Source: Hemiscyllium ocellatum (lineage: Eukaryota). Taken from it: 64,000 nucleotides of DNA. The stretch is from contig NC_083401.1 in the NCBI RefSeq assembly GCF_020745735.1, positions 77,001,740 to 77,065,739 of the forward strand, in the 5' to 3' direction. Under the pieces are notes generated by a model. It searched no databases, was not told the DNA's origin, and saw nothing but the letters and a program-made list of their open reading frames with translations. The number at the start of each line of letters is the position of its first letter. The stretch's first letter is position 1. Below are positions 12,101 through 27,100 of this stretch, one piece after another. The position numbers and the translations under genes were made by a program.

Positions 12101-15100
12101 CCCTACGGTAGGTTATTGCACAAAATACAGAGGCATGGGATTGAGAGTGATTTAGTGGTTTGGATCAGAAATTGGCTAGCTGAAAGAAGACACAGGGTGG
12201 TGGTTGATGGGAAATATTCATCCTGGTGTTCAGTTACTAGTGGGGTACCACAAGGATCTATATTGTGTCCACTGTTGCTTGTCATTTTTATAAATGACCT
12301 GGATGAGGGCATAGAAGGATGGGTTAGTAAATTTGTGGATGACACTAAAGTCGGTAGAGTTGTGGATAGTGATGAAGGATGCTGTAGGTTACAGAGAGAC
12401 ATAGATAAGCTGCAGAGTGGGCTGAGAGGTGGCAAATGGAGTTTAATGCAGAAAAGTGTGTGGTGATTCATTTTGGAAGGAGTACAGGACTGCAGAGTAC
12501 AGGGCTCATGGTATTTTTCTTGGTAGTGTAGATGAGCAGAGAGATCTTGGTGTCCAGGTGTGTAAATCACTGAAAGTTGCCACCCAGGTGGATGGGGTTG
12601 TTAAGAAGGCATACAGTGTGTTAGCTTTTATTGGTAGAGGAATTGAGTTTCGGAGCCACGAGGTCATGCTGCAGCTGTACAAAACTCTGGTGCGGCCATA
12701 TTTGGAGTATTGCGTACAGTTCTGGTCACTGCATTATTGGAAGGATTGTGGAAGCTTTGGAAAAGATTCAAAGAAGATTTACTAGGATGTTGCCTGGTAT
12801 GGAGGGAAGGTCTTATGAGGAAAGGCTGAGTGACTTGAGGCTGTTTTCATTAGAGAGAAAAAGGTTGAGAGGTCATTTAATTGAGACATATATGATAATC
12901 AGAGGTTTAGATAGGGTGGACAGGGAGAATCTTTTTCCTCAGATGGTGATGGCTAGCAGGAGGGAGCATAGCTTTAAATTGAGGGATGATAGATATAGGA
13001 CAAATGACAGAGGTAGTTTCTTTGATCAGATAGTAGTAGGTACGTGGATCGCACTGCCTGCAACAGTAGTAGTCTTGCCAACCTTGTGGGCATATAAATG
13101 GTCATTGGTTAGACATATGGATTAGAATAGAATAGTATAGGTTAGATGGGCTTCAGATTGATTTCACAGGTGGGCACAACATTTAGGGCTGAGGAGCCTA
13201 TACTGCAGTGTAATGTTCTAGGTTCTATTAGCTCACGTGGCCCATCATGTTTAATCCTAAATGATTTGATCATGACTGATACTGTTTCTCAACCCCATTC
13301 TCCTGTTTTCTCCCTATAACCTTTAATCCCCTTACCAATCAAGAGCCTATCTATTTCTTGTCTTAAGTATGTTCAATGACTTGGTCTCCACAACATTCTC
13401 TGAGAATGAGTTCCACAGATTCACCACTCTCTGGCTGAAGAAATTTCTCCTCATCTCTGTTCTAGAGGATCCCCATTTCACTCTGAGGCTGTGCCCTCAG
13501 GCTCTAATCTCTCCTGCTTGTGGAAACATCTTCTTCAGGTCCATTCTATATTCAGGCCTCTCAGTGTTCTGTAACTTTCAATGTGATCCCCCCCTTGCCC
13601 TTCTAAACTCCAAGTACAGATCTAGAGTTCCCAACTGCTCTTCATATAACATAGAACATAGAACATTACAGCGCAGTACAGGCCCTTCAGCCCTCGATGT
13701 TGCACCACCTTGTCATACTAATCTGAAGCCCATCCCACCTACACTATTCCATGTACGTCCAATTGCTTGTCCAATGACGACTTAAATGCATTTAAACTTG
13801 TTGAATTTACTACCGTTGCAGGCAAAGTATTCCATACCCTTACTACTCTCTGAGTAAAGAAACTACCTCTGACATCTGTTTTATACCTATCTCCCCTCAC
13901 TTTAAAGTTGTGTCCCCTTGTGTTTGTCGTCCCCGTACTTGGAAAAAGGCTCTCCCTGTCTACCCTATCTAACCCTCTGATTATCTTGTATGTCTCTATT
14001 AAGTCACCTCTCAACCTCTTTCTCTGTAACGAGAACAGCCTCATGGCCCTCAGCCTTCCCTTGTAAGACATTCCTTCCATACCAGTAAAAAGTGAGGTCT
14101 GCAGATGCTGGAGATCAGAGCTGAAAATGTGTTGCTGGTCAAAGCACAGCAGGTTGGGCAGCATCCAAGGAACAGGAAATTCGACGTTTCGGGCCATAAA
14201 TCTCCTCTGCACCAAAGCTTCCACATCCTTCTTATAATGCGGTGACCACAACTGGACACAATACTCCAAGTGTGGCTGTACCAGAGCTTTGTACAGCTGC
14301 AGCATAACCTCCTGGTTCCAGAACTCAATCCCTCTATTAATAAAGGCCAAAACACTCTATGCCTTCTTAACAACCCTGTCAATCTGGGTGGCAACTTGTG
14401 GGGATCTGTGTACATGGACACCGAGATCTCTCTGCTCATCTGTACTCCCAAGAATCTTACCATTAGTCCAGTACTTTGCACTCCGATTACTCCATCCAAA
14501 GTGTATCACCTCACACTTGTCCACTTTAAACTCCATTTGCCACCTTTCAACCCAGCTCTGCATCCTATCTATGTCTCTCTGCAACCTACTACATCCTTTG
14601 TCACTATCCACAACTCCACCGACCTTAGTATCGTCCACAAATTTACTAACCCACCCTTCTAAGCCCTCATCCAGGTCATTTATAAAAATGACGAACAGCA
14701 GTGGACCCAACACTGACCCTTGTGGTGCGCCTTGGTGACCCTTGGTGTCCATCTAACTGGACACCAAGATGAACATGTTCCATCAACTACAACCCTCTGT
14801 TTTCTTTCAGCAAGCCAATTACTGATCCAAACTGCTATGTCTCCCACAATCCCATTCCTCTAATTTTTTATAATAGCCTACTATGGGGAACCATATCGAA
14901 CGCCTTGCTGAAATCCATATACACCACATCAACCAGTTTACTCTCATCTACTTGTTTGGTCACTTTGTCAAAAACTCAATAAGATTCGTTAGACACGACC
15001 TACCCTTCACAAAACCGTGTTGACTGTCCCTTATCAGATTATTCTTTTCTAGATGGTTATAAATCCTATCTCTTATAACCTTTTCCAACGCTTTACCAAC

Positions 15101-18100
15101 AACTGAAGTGAGACTCACTGATCTCTAATTACCAGAGTTGTCTCTAGTAGCCTTCTTGAACAAGGGAACCACATTTGCTATCCTCCAGTCCTCAGGCACT
15201 ATTCCTGTAGACAATGATGATTTGAAGATCAATGCCAAAGGCTCGGCAATCTCTTCCTTTGTTTCCCAGAGGATCCTAGGATAGATCCCATCCGGCCCAG
15301 GGGACTTGTCTATTTTCACACTCTGCAGTATTTCTAATACCTCTTCCTTATGAACCTCTCTAGTCTCTCTGTATCTTCTTCGCCAACATTTTCATTTTCT
15401 ATAGTGAACACTGTCGAAAAGTATTTATTTAATCCTTCTCCTATCTCCTCTGACTCCACACACAACTTCCCACTATTATCCTCGATTGTCCCTAATTTAA
15501 CTCTCATCATTCTTTTATTCCTGACATACCTATGGAAGGGCTTAGGGTTAACCCTGATCCTATCTACCAACAACTTCTCATGTCCCCTCCTGGCTCTTCT
15601 GAGCTTTCTTTTTAGGTCTTTCCTGACTTCCTTGTAACCCTCAAGCGCCCTGAGTTTTTGCATTTTGTCCTAACATAAGCTGTCTTCTTCTTGACCAGGG
15701 ATTCCACTTCCTTAGTAAACCCTGGCTCACATGTTCTATATCTTCCTCCCTGCCTGACAGGTACATACTTATCTAGGACACACAGGAGCTTTTCCTTGAA
15801 TAAGCTCCACATTTTTAATGTGCTCATCCCCTGCAGTTTCCTTCCCCATTCTACGCTTCCTAGATCTTTCCTAATTGTATCATAATTTCCCTTCCCCCAG
15901 CTGTAACTCTTGCTCGGTGGAGTACACCTATCCCTTTCCATTACTAAAGTAAACCTGACAGAATTGTGATCGCTGTCTCCAAAGTGCTCACCTACTTCCA
16001 AATCTAACACCTGGCCAGGCTCGTTACCCAGTACTAAATCTAAAGTGGCTTCGCCCCTTCTAGGTCTGTCTACATACTGTGTCAGGAAGCCCTCCTGCAC
16101 ACACTGGACAAAAACTGACCCATCTATAGTACTCGTACTGTAGTGATCCCAGTCAATATTTGGATAGTTGAAGTCCCCCATGACAACTACCTTGCCTCTC
16201 TCACTCCTATCAAGAATCATCTTTGCTATCCTTTCCTCTACATCTCTGGGACTATTCGGAGGCCTATAGAAAACTTCCAGCATGGTGACTTCTCCTTTCC
16301 TGTTTCTAACCTCAGCCCATACTAACTCAGTTATGAGTCCCCAAACATCTTTTCTACAACTGTATTATTGTCCCTCATCAACAAAGCCACAGCTCCCCCT
16401 CTTTTACCATCTTCTCTGTTCTTACTGAAATATCTGAATCCCGGAACCTGCATCAGTCATTCCTGTCCCTGCTTTATCCATGTCTCCGTAATGGCCACAA
16501 CATTGAAGTCCGAGGTACCAACCCAAGCTGCCAGTTCACCCACTTTATTTCGGATGCTCCTCGCATTGAAGTACACACACTTCAAACCAGGTTCTCACTT
16601 GCCAGTGTCAGATACTTGATTTTGGATCTCGCAACTCTCATCCTCTTCTGTACCTGTCCTACCATTTTGGTTCCTATCCCCCTGCTGTATTAGTTTAAAT
16701 CCACCTTAATAGCTTTAGTGAATTTCCCACCCAGGATATTGGTACCCCTCTGGTTTCGATGAAGAGCATCCTGCTTGTAGAGGTCCCACTTACCCCAGAA
16801 AGAGCTCGAATTATCCAAAAACTCTAAACCCTCCCTCCTGCACCAGCCCTGTAGCCAAGTGTTCAACTCCTTTCTCTCCCTATTCCTCACCTCACTAGCA
16901 CATGGCAAGGGCAGCCAACCAGAGAAAACAACTCTATTTGTCCTAGCTCTAAGCTTCCATCCTAGCTCCCTGAATTTCTGCCTCAAGTCCCCATCTCTTG
17001 TCTGACCTATGTCGTTGGTGCGAATGTGGACCACGACTTGGGGCTGCTCTCCCTCCCCCCGAAGGATCCCAAAAAACACGATCAGAGACATCACAGACCA
17101 TGGCACCCGTGAGTCTCTCTCGTCCCCACAGAACCTCCTATCTGTCCCCCTAACTATCGAGTCCCCAATGACTACTGCTCTGCTCCTCTTCCCCCTTCCC
17201 TTCTAAGCAGCAGGTGCCCCACTGCTTTCCCCTAGTAAGTCATCCCCCCCAACAGTATCCAAAACGGTATACTTATTGTTGAGGGGAATGGTCACAGGGG
17301 ATTCCTGCACTGCCTGCCGGTTCCCTTTCAGTCTCCTGTCACCCATCTGTCTTTTTCTTTTATCTGGGGAGTGACTACCTCTCTGTAAGTCCTGTCAATA
17401 ACCCCCTCTGCCTCCCGAATGATCTGAAGTTCATCCAACTCCAGCTCCAGTTCTCTAATGCAGTTTTTGAGGAGCTGGTGTTGGATACACTTCCCACAGA
17501 TGTAGTCAGCAGGGACACTAGTGGTGACCCTTACTTCCCACATTCTGCAGGAGAACATTCCACTGCCCTACACTCCACTCCCACTGTTCTAACTCCCGAA
17601 GTGACTACTAAAAAAAAAGGATTAGAAAATAAACTATTTACCTTCCCTTCATTCCCAGGATCATTCTGGTCAGCCTCCTCTGGATCCCCTCCTAGACCAG
17701 CACATCCTTCTTAGGTACACTGCCCAAAACTGCTCCCAATATTCCAAAAGCAGTCTGCTTGGAGCCTGACACAACCTCAGCAATACATCACTATTCTTGT
17801 ATTCTGGCGCTCTCAAAATGTGTGCAATCATTGAATTTGCCTTTCTACCTATCAACTGAACCTGTATGTTAATCTTAAGAGAATCCTGAACAAGGACTCC
17901 CAAGTCCATTTGTGCTTCAGATTTCAGAAGCATTTCCTGTTTGGAAAATAGTCCATCTATTCTTCCTACCAAAATGCATAACCCTACACTTTCCCACATT
18001 GTATTCCATCTGCCATTTCTTTGCCCAGTCTCCTAGCCTGTCCAAGTCTTTCTGCATCCTCCCCACCTCCTCAACACTACCTATAACCTCTAACTATCTT

Positions 18101-21100
18101 TGTGTCATCTGCAACAATGTCATCAGTTCCTTCATCCAGACTGTTAATGTATAATGCGAATAGTTGAAGTTCCAACACTGACCCCTGAGGAACTCCATAG
18201 TCACCAGCTGCCTGAAAAAAATGCTTTTATCCCCACACTCTACCTTCTGCCAGCCAGCCAATCCTTTATCCATGCCAATCCCTTGCCCCTAACACAATGG
18301 GTTCTTATTTAGCAGCCTCCTGTGCAGCACGATGTCAAAGGCCTTCTGGAAATCCAAATAGTTAATATCCACTGATTATCCTTTTTCTAACTTGCTTCTC
18401 AAAGAATTCTAATAGATTTGTCAGGCATGACCATCTTTTGACAAAGCAGTGCTGACTTCCCCCTATTTTATCCTGCCATGTCATCCTAAATAATGGACTC
18501 TAAATTCTCACCAGCTACCGAGGTCAGGCTAATCAGCCTGTAATGTTCCATCTTCTGCCTCTTCCCTTCTTATACAGGGACAAGATTATAATAGCCTGGC
18601 AATAAAATCAAATATTAAGTAGAAGCAGTGACAAAAGACAGTTTGGTACAGATGATAAAGAAGTAATTTAAGTGAAGACTAAAGATGACAGACCTGAGAA
18701 ACAGGAGAGGAAATGAAGTACAGGAAATCTATGTGGTACAGTTGTGATCACAGTCTGGCATTGCTATATAATGCAAATAACATGTTTACATGGAACCTAA
18801 CAATATTATTTTGATTCAGAAACTAAAGTACAATTTCTTTCCCCTTTTACTGAAATACTGTTCACCGACATTCTCTGTTTTCCAATATCCAATCTAAGTG
18901 AACAAAGTAGGTATCGGTCCAGTCAAGGATAGTAGTGGGAAGTTGTGCGTGGAGGCGGAGGAGATTGGTGAGACACTAAATCAATACTTTTCATCAGTAT
19001 TCACGCAGGAACGGGACTCTGTTGCTGGTGTGAATATTGAGTCACAAGTGATTAGAATGGATGGCCTTGAAGTATGTAGGGAGGAGGTTTTGGGAATACT
19101 GGAAAGGATGAAAATAGATAAGTCTCCTGGGCCTGATGGCATTTATCCTAGGATCCTCTGGGAAGCTAGGGAGGAGATAGCAGAGCCATTGGCCTTGATT
19201 TTTATGTTGTCATTGTCAACGGGAATAGTACCAGAAGACTGGAGGATAGCGAATGTGGTCCCCTTGTTCAAGAAGGGGAGTAGGGACAGCCCGAGTAACT
19301 ATAGGCCAGTGAGTCTCACTTCTGTTGTGGGTAAAGTCTTAGAGAGAATTGTAAGGGATAAGATTTATGAACATCTGGATAGGAATAATGTGATCAAGGA
19401 TAGTCAGCATGGTTTTGTGAAGGGCAGGTCGTGCCTCACAAACCTTATTGAGTTCTTTGAGAAGGTGACTAAGGAGGTGGATGAGGGTAAAGCAGTAGAT
19501 GTGGTGTATATGGATTTTAGCAAGGCGTTCGATAAGGTACCCCATGGTAGGCTAATGCAAAAACTACGGAGGTATGGCATTGAGGGTGCATTAGAGGTTT
19601 GGATTAGGAATTGGCTGGCTGGAAGGAGACAGAGGGTAGTAGTTGATGGACTAGGTTCATCTTGGAGTGCAGTTACTAGTGGTGTACCACAGGGATCTGT
19701 TTTGGGACCGTTGCTGTTTGTCATCTTTATAAATGATCTAGAGGAGGGGCTTGAAAGCTGGGTGAGCAAGTTTGCGGATGACACAAAGGTCGGTGGAGTT
19801 GTGGACAGTGAAGAAGGATGTGGCAGGTTACAGCGGGATATAGATAGGTTGCAGAGCTGGGCAGAAAGGTGGCAGATGGAATTCAATGTAGCTAAGTGTG
19901 AAGTCATTCACTTTGGTAGGAGTAACAAGAAGATGGATTACTGGGCAAATGGTAGGCTACTTGGTAGTGTGGATGAGCAGAGGGATCTTGGTGTCCATGT
20001 ACACAGATCTCTGAAAGTTGCCACCCAGGTAAATAGTGCTGTGAGGAAGGCATATGGTGTACTGGGCTTTATTGGTAGAGGAATTGAGTTCCGGAGTCCT
20101 GAGGTCATGTTGCAGTTGTATAAGACTCTGGTGTGGCCTCATCTGGAGTATTGTGTGCAATTTTGGTCGCCATACTATAGGAAGGATGTGGAGGCATTGG
20201 AACGAGTGCAGAGGAGGTTTACCAGAATGTTGCCTGGCATGGTAGGAAGATCGTATGAGGAAAGGCTGAGGCACTTGGGGCTGTTCTCATTGGAGAAAAG
20301 AAGGTTTAGGGGAGATTTGATAGAGGTGTACAAGATGATTAGGCGTTTAGATAGGGTAGACACTGAGAACCTTTTACCGCTAATGGAGTCAGCTGTTACT
20401 AGGGGACACAGCTTTAAATTAAGGGGTGGTAGGTATAGGACAGATGTTAGGGGTAGATTCTTTACGCAGCGGGTTGTGAGTTCATGGAATGCCCTGCCAG
20501 TAGCAGTGGTGAACTCTCCCTCTTTATGGTCATTTAAGCGGGCATTGGATAGGCATATGGAAGTTATTGGGCTAGTGTAGGTTAGGTAGGATTTGGTCGG
20601 CGCAACATCGAGGGCCGAAGGGCCTGTACTGCGCTGTATTTTTCTATGTTCTATGTTCTATTCTGTATCTGACAGGCTATACAGGATACTGGAAGTAATG
20701 CCAAGACTATTATCAGTTGATATCTATACGCATGTAATTTCCTTTCGAAAGTCACTCAGTAACAATAAGGAAATGCGAACAGTGTCTCAACTTAACTTTC
20801 CTTCCCCTAGGGATACAAAATTCAATCAGAGCACATCCTATTGTTGGGATTGCAATCGGTAAACTCATGACATATGCTGGGAACTGAAGCATGAATGTTT
20901 AGCCAGAGTGAATGGCTTGTACGTGGGTGGTGTTTCATAGAAAAAAAGATGACAAAATTCACACAACAGTGAGAACACGCTAAATTTATAGAGTTGCCTT
21001 AAATTAGTAAATTCATCCAAGCCAGTTCACAGGAGCATTACAAATCCAAATTTACTACCAGGCCGCTTAAGTCGATATTAAGGTAGATGTCCAAAAGCTT

Positions 21101-24100
21101 GTTCAAAGAAGAGATTTTAATAGCGTCTTGAAGGAGAAAAGAGAGAAAGACAGAGGGAGGTAGAAAGATTTAAGAGAGTGTTCTAGACGTTGGTAGCTGC
21201 AATCACAGCCACCAGTGAAAGTCAAGGATGAGTTAGATGCCAGAGTTTGAAATGTGCAGAGTTCTGAAAATATCAAGTTGATTCTGGTTATCGGAGGAAG
21301 GGAAACCCTGAAGACAACTGAAAACAGGAATGGGAATTTTAAAATTGAGGCAGTTCTGGAAGGAGCTAATGTAAGTTAATGAGGACGGGGTAATTAGGGG
21401 TAGAAGTTAGAGCATACTAAAATAGAAAAATAATACACAATAAATGGTATGTTACAGAGTAACTGAGGGATGGTGGAGTTCAAGTCCACAGATCACTGAC
21501 AGTAGTAGGACAGATAGTTACAGGAGTTAAGATGACAAACTGTATACTTTCCTTTAATAACTGAAGGTTTGGATGCAAGAATAGGGAGTTTAGAATAGCA
21601 TCAAACAATAGTTTGGCATGAACTAGAGTACTAGGTTCATACTGTAACTTCTTACAGGAAACATTTTATATAGAGGCTATGAAGGAAATTTATGAGGATA
21701 TTGCCAAGATTGGGGAATTTTGATTATGAAGAAAAATGAATAGGATGGTGTTGTTTACTGTGGAGAGAGGAAGCTAAGTGTAGTTTTAATTGAGGTGTAT
21801 AAAATTATATTGTATCTGGATAGAATGGATAGGAAGGACCTATTCCGCTCAGCAGAAAGGTCAGTAGTCGGGGGCATTGATTTAAAGAGTTGAAGAGAAA
21901 TCATTTTCTCTGAAAGATGGTAGGAATTTGAAACTCACGACTTCAATCAATGAAAGGGGTAAAAATACTCTTTGTATTTATAAATCTGTTTGGATGTGCA
22001 TTTGAAGCACAGTAACTTAAAGGACTACAGACCAAGCAGTGGAAAGTGGAATTAGGCTGGTTAACCTAATGTTGGCTGACCTAGAAATGATGGATGCAAG
22101 GGCCTCCTTTTATGCTGCAGATGTTCTGTTTGTATAGTCCCTGGTGTTGAGTCTAGAGATAAGAAAGACAGATAAGAATTTCAGCTGCAGAAGAGCTGAG
22201 TCAGGAAATTGGCGAAAGGATTCATCATGATTTACCATTGAAAGACCTTCAATTGCTGATACTTATAGCTTGCTGTTCAATATATCATTCAGTGACATTG
22301 TCCGGCAATACAGTTGATTTCCATCTGTACAATGTGACATGACTTTTTCTTTCAGTGCTATTTCTTTCTCTGAATGCACAGGTGAATTGAAATTGCTATG
22401 CCATCATGTTGATTCAACATCAAAAGTGGTTCAACTACAATCAAATATATCTCTGTCTTGTGCATTACGAGAGGAGTGCCTCCAGTTATTAGATGCAAAT
22501 GCAAGTCACATATTTTGGAGAATGAATGATACCCAAATTTCACGAGAACAATATTATTTCAATGCAACTGTTTCCTGGGTAACCTTAAAGAGGATTGATG
22601 CTTTAAGAACCTATTTGACATGTCACATTAACATCAAAGGAGCACCAAATATCCTTCACCGTTTTGAAATTAAAGCAGGCTGTAAGTATCTTTTCTGTAA
22701 CAATGTTTGTATTTCTTGCTAGGCTAGAATAAGGGCTCTAGGAAATAGAAATTCTAATATGGCTGATTAGAGCATGTGACCATATTTAATGTCAGTTTTC
22801 GTCGAATGAAACCTCATATAAAGAAATACCAAGTTCTGGGAATAATCCACATAATTATTAGTATCCCAGTAATATGTAAAACTTTGCTTTTGTGGTTGAG
22901 AATCAAAGGCTTGGATGCAGACAAAAAGTTTTCCCCAGTTCTCGCCCTATTGTGGTACATATAGGGTTAAGCTCAGATTCACTCAACAGGAATGTGCTGT
23001 CTTTGGCTGAGTCAGCATTTGTTGCCCATTCATAATTGCTGTGGAGAAGATTATGGTGATTTGATACAGTGACATCAGTTTATAGAGAATGGGTCCAAAA
23101 TTCCTTTTAGCTTAGGAGATGCAATTTGGATCCATGAGGCTTCCATTCCATTTAACTTATAATCCAACACTGTTTAAAGAGCCTTGATGAACCTCTTGCC
23201 TGAATTCCTCCTTCTTGTGGTGCAGGTTTGAACAGTTCTCAGGCTACTCAGAAAATTGGACTCATTGCTGTAGAAATCTGTTATAGCTGGTTTGTGCATG
23301 CAACATATAAAAATAAAGCCAAAAGTTTGCCAAATATCAAGCCACGTTGCTCAAAATGGATTGAACTGCAGCGTCAGAAAAGCCTTAGACTGCTCTAGAA
23401 AAAGGAAATCAAGAACAGAATAATGTAGCTGCTGGAAATCTGCAGTCTGAACATAAAATGCCAGAAATACTGAGAGGGTCTGGAGGAAGAACCTGAACTA
23501 ATGTTCCAGGTCAGTGACCTTCTGGTGAAAAGTTAATGGATTGAAAGGCCAATTCTGCTTTTCTCTCCATCAATGTTACCTGACCTGTTGAGTATTTTTA
23601 GCATTAGTAACCCCAGAGAGACAAAGTTTATGACCTTCTCCATGCTGTCACTTTAATGCTGCTTTTTGAGATGTCTTATCATAGCTTTGGTTCTTTCAGG
23701 TTCTATTCCTTCTCCATGGAAGGACCACAAATTTGTGGTGACTGAATGCAATCTGCTGCTGGAGTGGATATCTCCATTGTGCCTCCACATCATAGCCACA
23801 AATCATCTAATCACATATAGTAATAACCTTGTCTGAAGGCCAACAGAAGTCCCACTCAGCTACATTTGTTTTGCTGTTTATTCCTTAAACAGCATATTAC
23901 AAATTATGTATTCTACTATCTTCCGAAATCCAAGAAAGGTATATATGGTGTTGAACTAATAAGCATTTTCTGTTCAGTCCCTGGGTTCACTTCAAAATGG
24001 TAATTGTCCGATGTAAGGCACAAGACAGGGATTGAACACTGAATGTTGTGTACAGTTATGGCCTGAAATACTGATTACGAGAGAACAATCTTCGGGTACA

Positions 24101-27100
24101 ACTGAGGGTGTGGCATTGATTAATATAACGGAGTTAAGGTTTTCGAGGAGAAGAAGCAAATAAATAGAAGAACTACGGATGCTGGAAATCAGAAACAAAA
24201 ACAGAAATTGCTGGAAAAGTTCAGCAGGCCTGGCAGAACCTGTGGAGAGAAATTAGAGTTCACGTTTTGGGTCCAGTGACCCTTCCTCAGAACCTGAATA
24301 CTTTAACTAGTTAGCCTTTAATTAAGCTTTTCAAGATTGCATCTAGTTTGAAGTTTCATTCTGAAATAACCAGTTCCTTGCTGGATTAATTGGAAATGAA
24401 TTGCTTTTCATTTGGGTAAGTGAGTATGTTTAGTGGCTGCAATGTGCTAGCCTGCTAGGAACGCTGCTCCAAAGAGGACTGCCAGGAAGGCAATTAGGAA
24501 GCCACAACTTGGCATGTTACTATATTCCTGCAGAATAAAAGCAATAAACTCCAGGTGACTTTTTTTATATTCTCTTGTCAGATCTGAAATTGTAATCTTT
24601 TTACATGCAATTTTTCCCTCAGCAAAGCAGAGAAATTCATTGCACTTGCACATACTGAGGGATTACTATAGTGTCTACCAAGCTGAAATTTCTAACACTT
24701 GTCTCTTTTAAGACATCACTTTTTAAAACTGAAAGGCATCAACTTTTCAAGATTTCGGCATAATTTCCTTTTAATGATTCATAATTGTTGCTATCTTCTG
24801 AATTAGATTTTGTTGAACTTAATTTCTGAATTGCCAAAACATAATGCTTCATGCACTGGACAGAAATGCAAATTCATAAAATATGCTGCCTGTAGTGTTT
24901 CATCATAATTATTTTGTTTCAGTGCCTCCTGATAAGCCAAAGAATATTTCCTGCATTTCATACTGGCGTGTAAACTTTACTTGTTCCTGGGACCAAGGGC
25001 GTGAAACCCACCTAAAGACTAATTTCACATTAACTAGACAACAGTGAGTATAAAAATTACATATTGCCCTTGATCTTGAAACACTGGACTTGATACCAAT
25101 GTTTCAATCAATTTCTTTGTGCCAAAGAAGAACTGTATTACTTCCATAGAATGTTTCAAACCATGTACTGTAGAATGAATTCAAATTTTGTTGTCATTTC
25201 CAGTATATTATTGGTGCTGGTATGGTGTCTCTACTCTTAGAAAACTGCTGATCAGGGATCAAATTTGCTTTTGCTTTGGATTATTTCCTGTTAGGTCTGT
25301 ATATGCTGATATTGCTACATTTTAAGTACAGTATTTGGTCATGACAGGGTCATTATAAACAAATGAAAATCATATACATTACATTATTGCTGCTGCATTA
25401 AGAATAATTGATGATGAAACTGCTGGGAAGTGCCTCCAGTTAAAACCAGAAAGAATTGTTAAGTTTTAAAAATTGTTGGAATTCCAGAAAAAATGTAGTT
25501 TTTCATTTGCAGAGCATCTGAGCACAAGACAGGATCTTGATAAAAGGGCTGTGCGGTAGTCCTGTGGCTATCACGTTTAGCAATTGTTATCTCTGACCCA
25601 AAAGTTAACCTAATGGAAGTAGAATAATGATAATGAAAGGGGATCCTTAAACAAGTAAGCATTAATTGATGGAGAGCGAGAGGTCATCTGTGCTGAAATC
25701 ATCTCAGAAGATTTGAAGAAGAGGTCGTTTAGCTATAGTTGAAGTACATTTCTACATATGGGGAAGAAATGTCCAACAAACCGGTGCTCCCAAGGTGATG
25801 AAAAAAAAAGAGAAAGCTGAAACTGAAAAAATGGATGCATGACTGATATACAGTTGATAATGGTAAAACAATTATAAAAATAAAATAAATTCATTGGTGA
25901 AGGGAAAAGTGATTAAGAAACAAAGAAAATGTAAGGAGAGGCTGGTATCTAATATAAAAGGAAATCCAAGAGTCTTCTATAGGCATCAAGAGGAGACTGT
26001 ATTGTAGTAGTGTCACTTGACTTATAATTCAGAGGCCCAGAGTAGAAGTTTGGGGAGGATGGGTTAAAATCTTACTGTAGCTAGTATAATTTGAATTCAA
26101 CTAATGAAGCTTTAATTAAAAACTTGTCTCATTGAAACAATTCTCAATTGTCATAAAAATCCCTTCTGGTTCACTGAAGCCCTTCAGCGAAGAAAATCTG
26201 CCATTCTTGTCTCGTTTATTACTCCAGGCCCAAAGCAATACAGCTGAGTCTTATATGGTTTAGCAAGCCTCCAAATTCTACTAAGGCACTAAGGAGCCTA
26301 AAAGAAAATATGAAACCAGATGGACCATCTATCAACAGGTTACACACTGGGAATGACAACAGCAACCTAGCAAAATCCTCCCTACTAACATCTGGGGGTT
26401 GTGCCAATATTGGAGAGCTGTCCCACAAACTAGTCCAGCAACAGCCTTATACACTCATACTCTGAGAATATTCTTTACAATAGTCCAGACAACATGGCCA
26501 CTATCCCTGGCATAATCAGAGAAAGCAGCACAGTGGTAGACAGTCAGGAAGGAGTTGCCTGAGAGCCCTCAAAATTGTTTTTCAAGGATTTGAATAGGTT
26601 TTGTGATAGGACAAGAATATTGAAATGGAATGTAATGTGGAAAAATATGAGGTTATCCACCTTGCTAGGAAGAACAGAAACTCCATGAAGTCTCATGGCA
26701 TTGGGTCAGACATGGGCAAAGAAACCTCCTGATTACCATCTAGTCCCTTTGGACATCTACACTTTCCAAAGTTTCACTATTTAAGAATTACTGTGCACAT
26801 CTGTTCTTCTTATCAAAGCAGAGAGCCTCACATTTTTCCACATTATATTCTATTTTAACATTCTTTTCCAATCAGTAAGACTGTCCAAATCATCCTGAAA
26901 ATGTTTTCCACTTTCTGCCCGACACACATTCTGGCATGGCTTTGTATTTGCAATTACATTTGAACTCCGTCTCCAATCATTGAAAGATATTGTGAATAGC
27001 TGGGTCCCAAGCACTGATCCTTGCAGTACCCCATTAGTCACAGTCTGCAAATGTTGGAATGACCCATTTATTCTGACTGTCTGTTTTCTGTCTGTTAGCT

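Larger units (their letters stand above)
13235..18575 (-). mobile_element. Older CR1 LINE split in two (13235-13645 and ~17645-18575) by a nested CR1
   Basis: RT text stops at ...ctcttcatat (13646) and resumes at ...cttcattcccaggatcatt (~17648). Confidence 0.75.

Noticed and set aside
18898-20580. Longest ORF (560 aa) as a host gene or domesticated RT
   Set aside because: It is a 5'-truncated CR1 ORF2 with a standard 3' UTR and tail, and it has many homologs in the window.
22339-22381. ATG at 22339, or the acceptor at 22355, as the start of the Ig exon
   Set aside because: This stretch is the polypyrimidine tract. The 22355 acceptor is out of phase with the upstream exon, whereas 22381 gives the gp130-like G|ELK junction.
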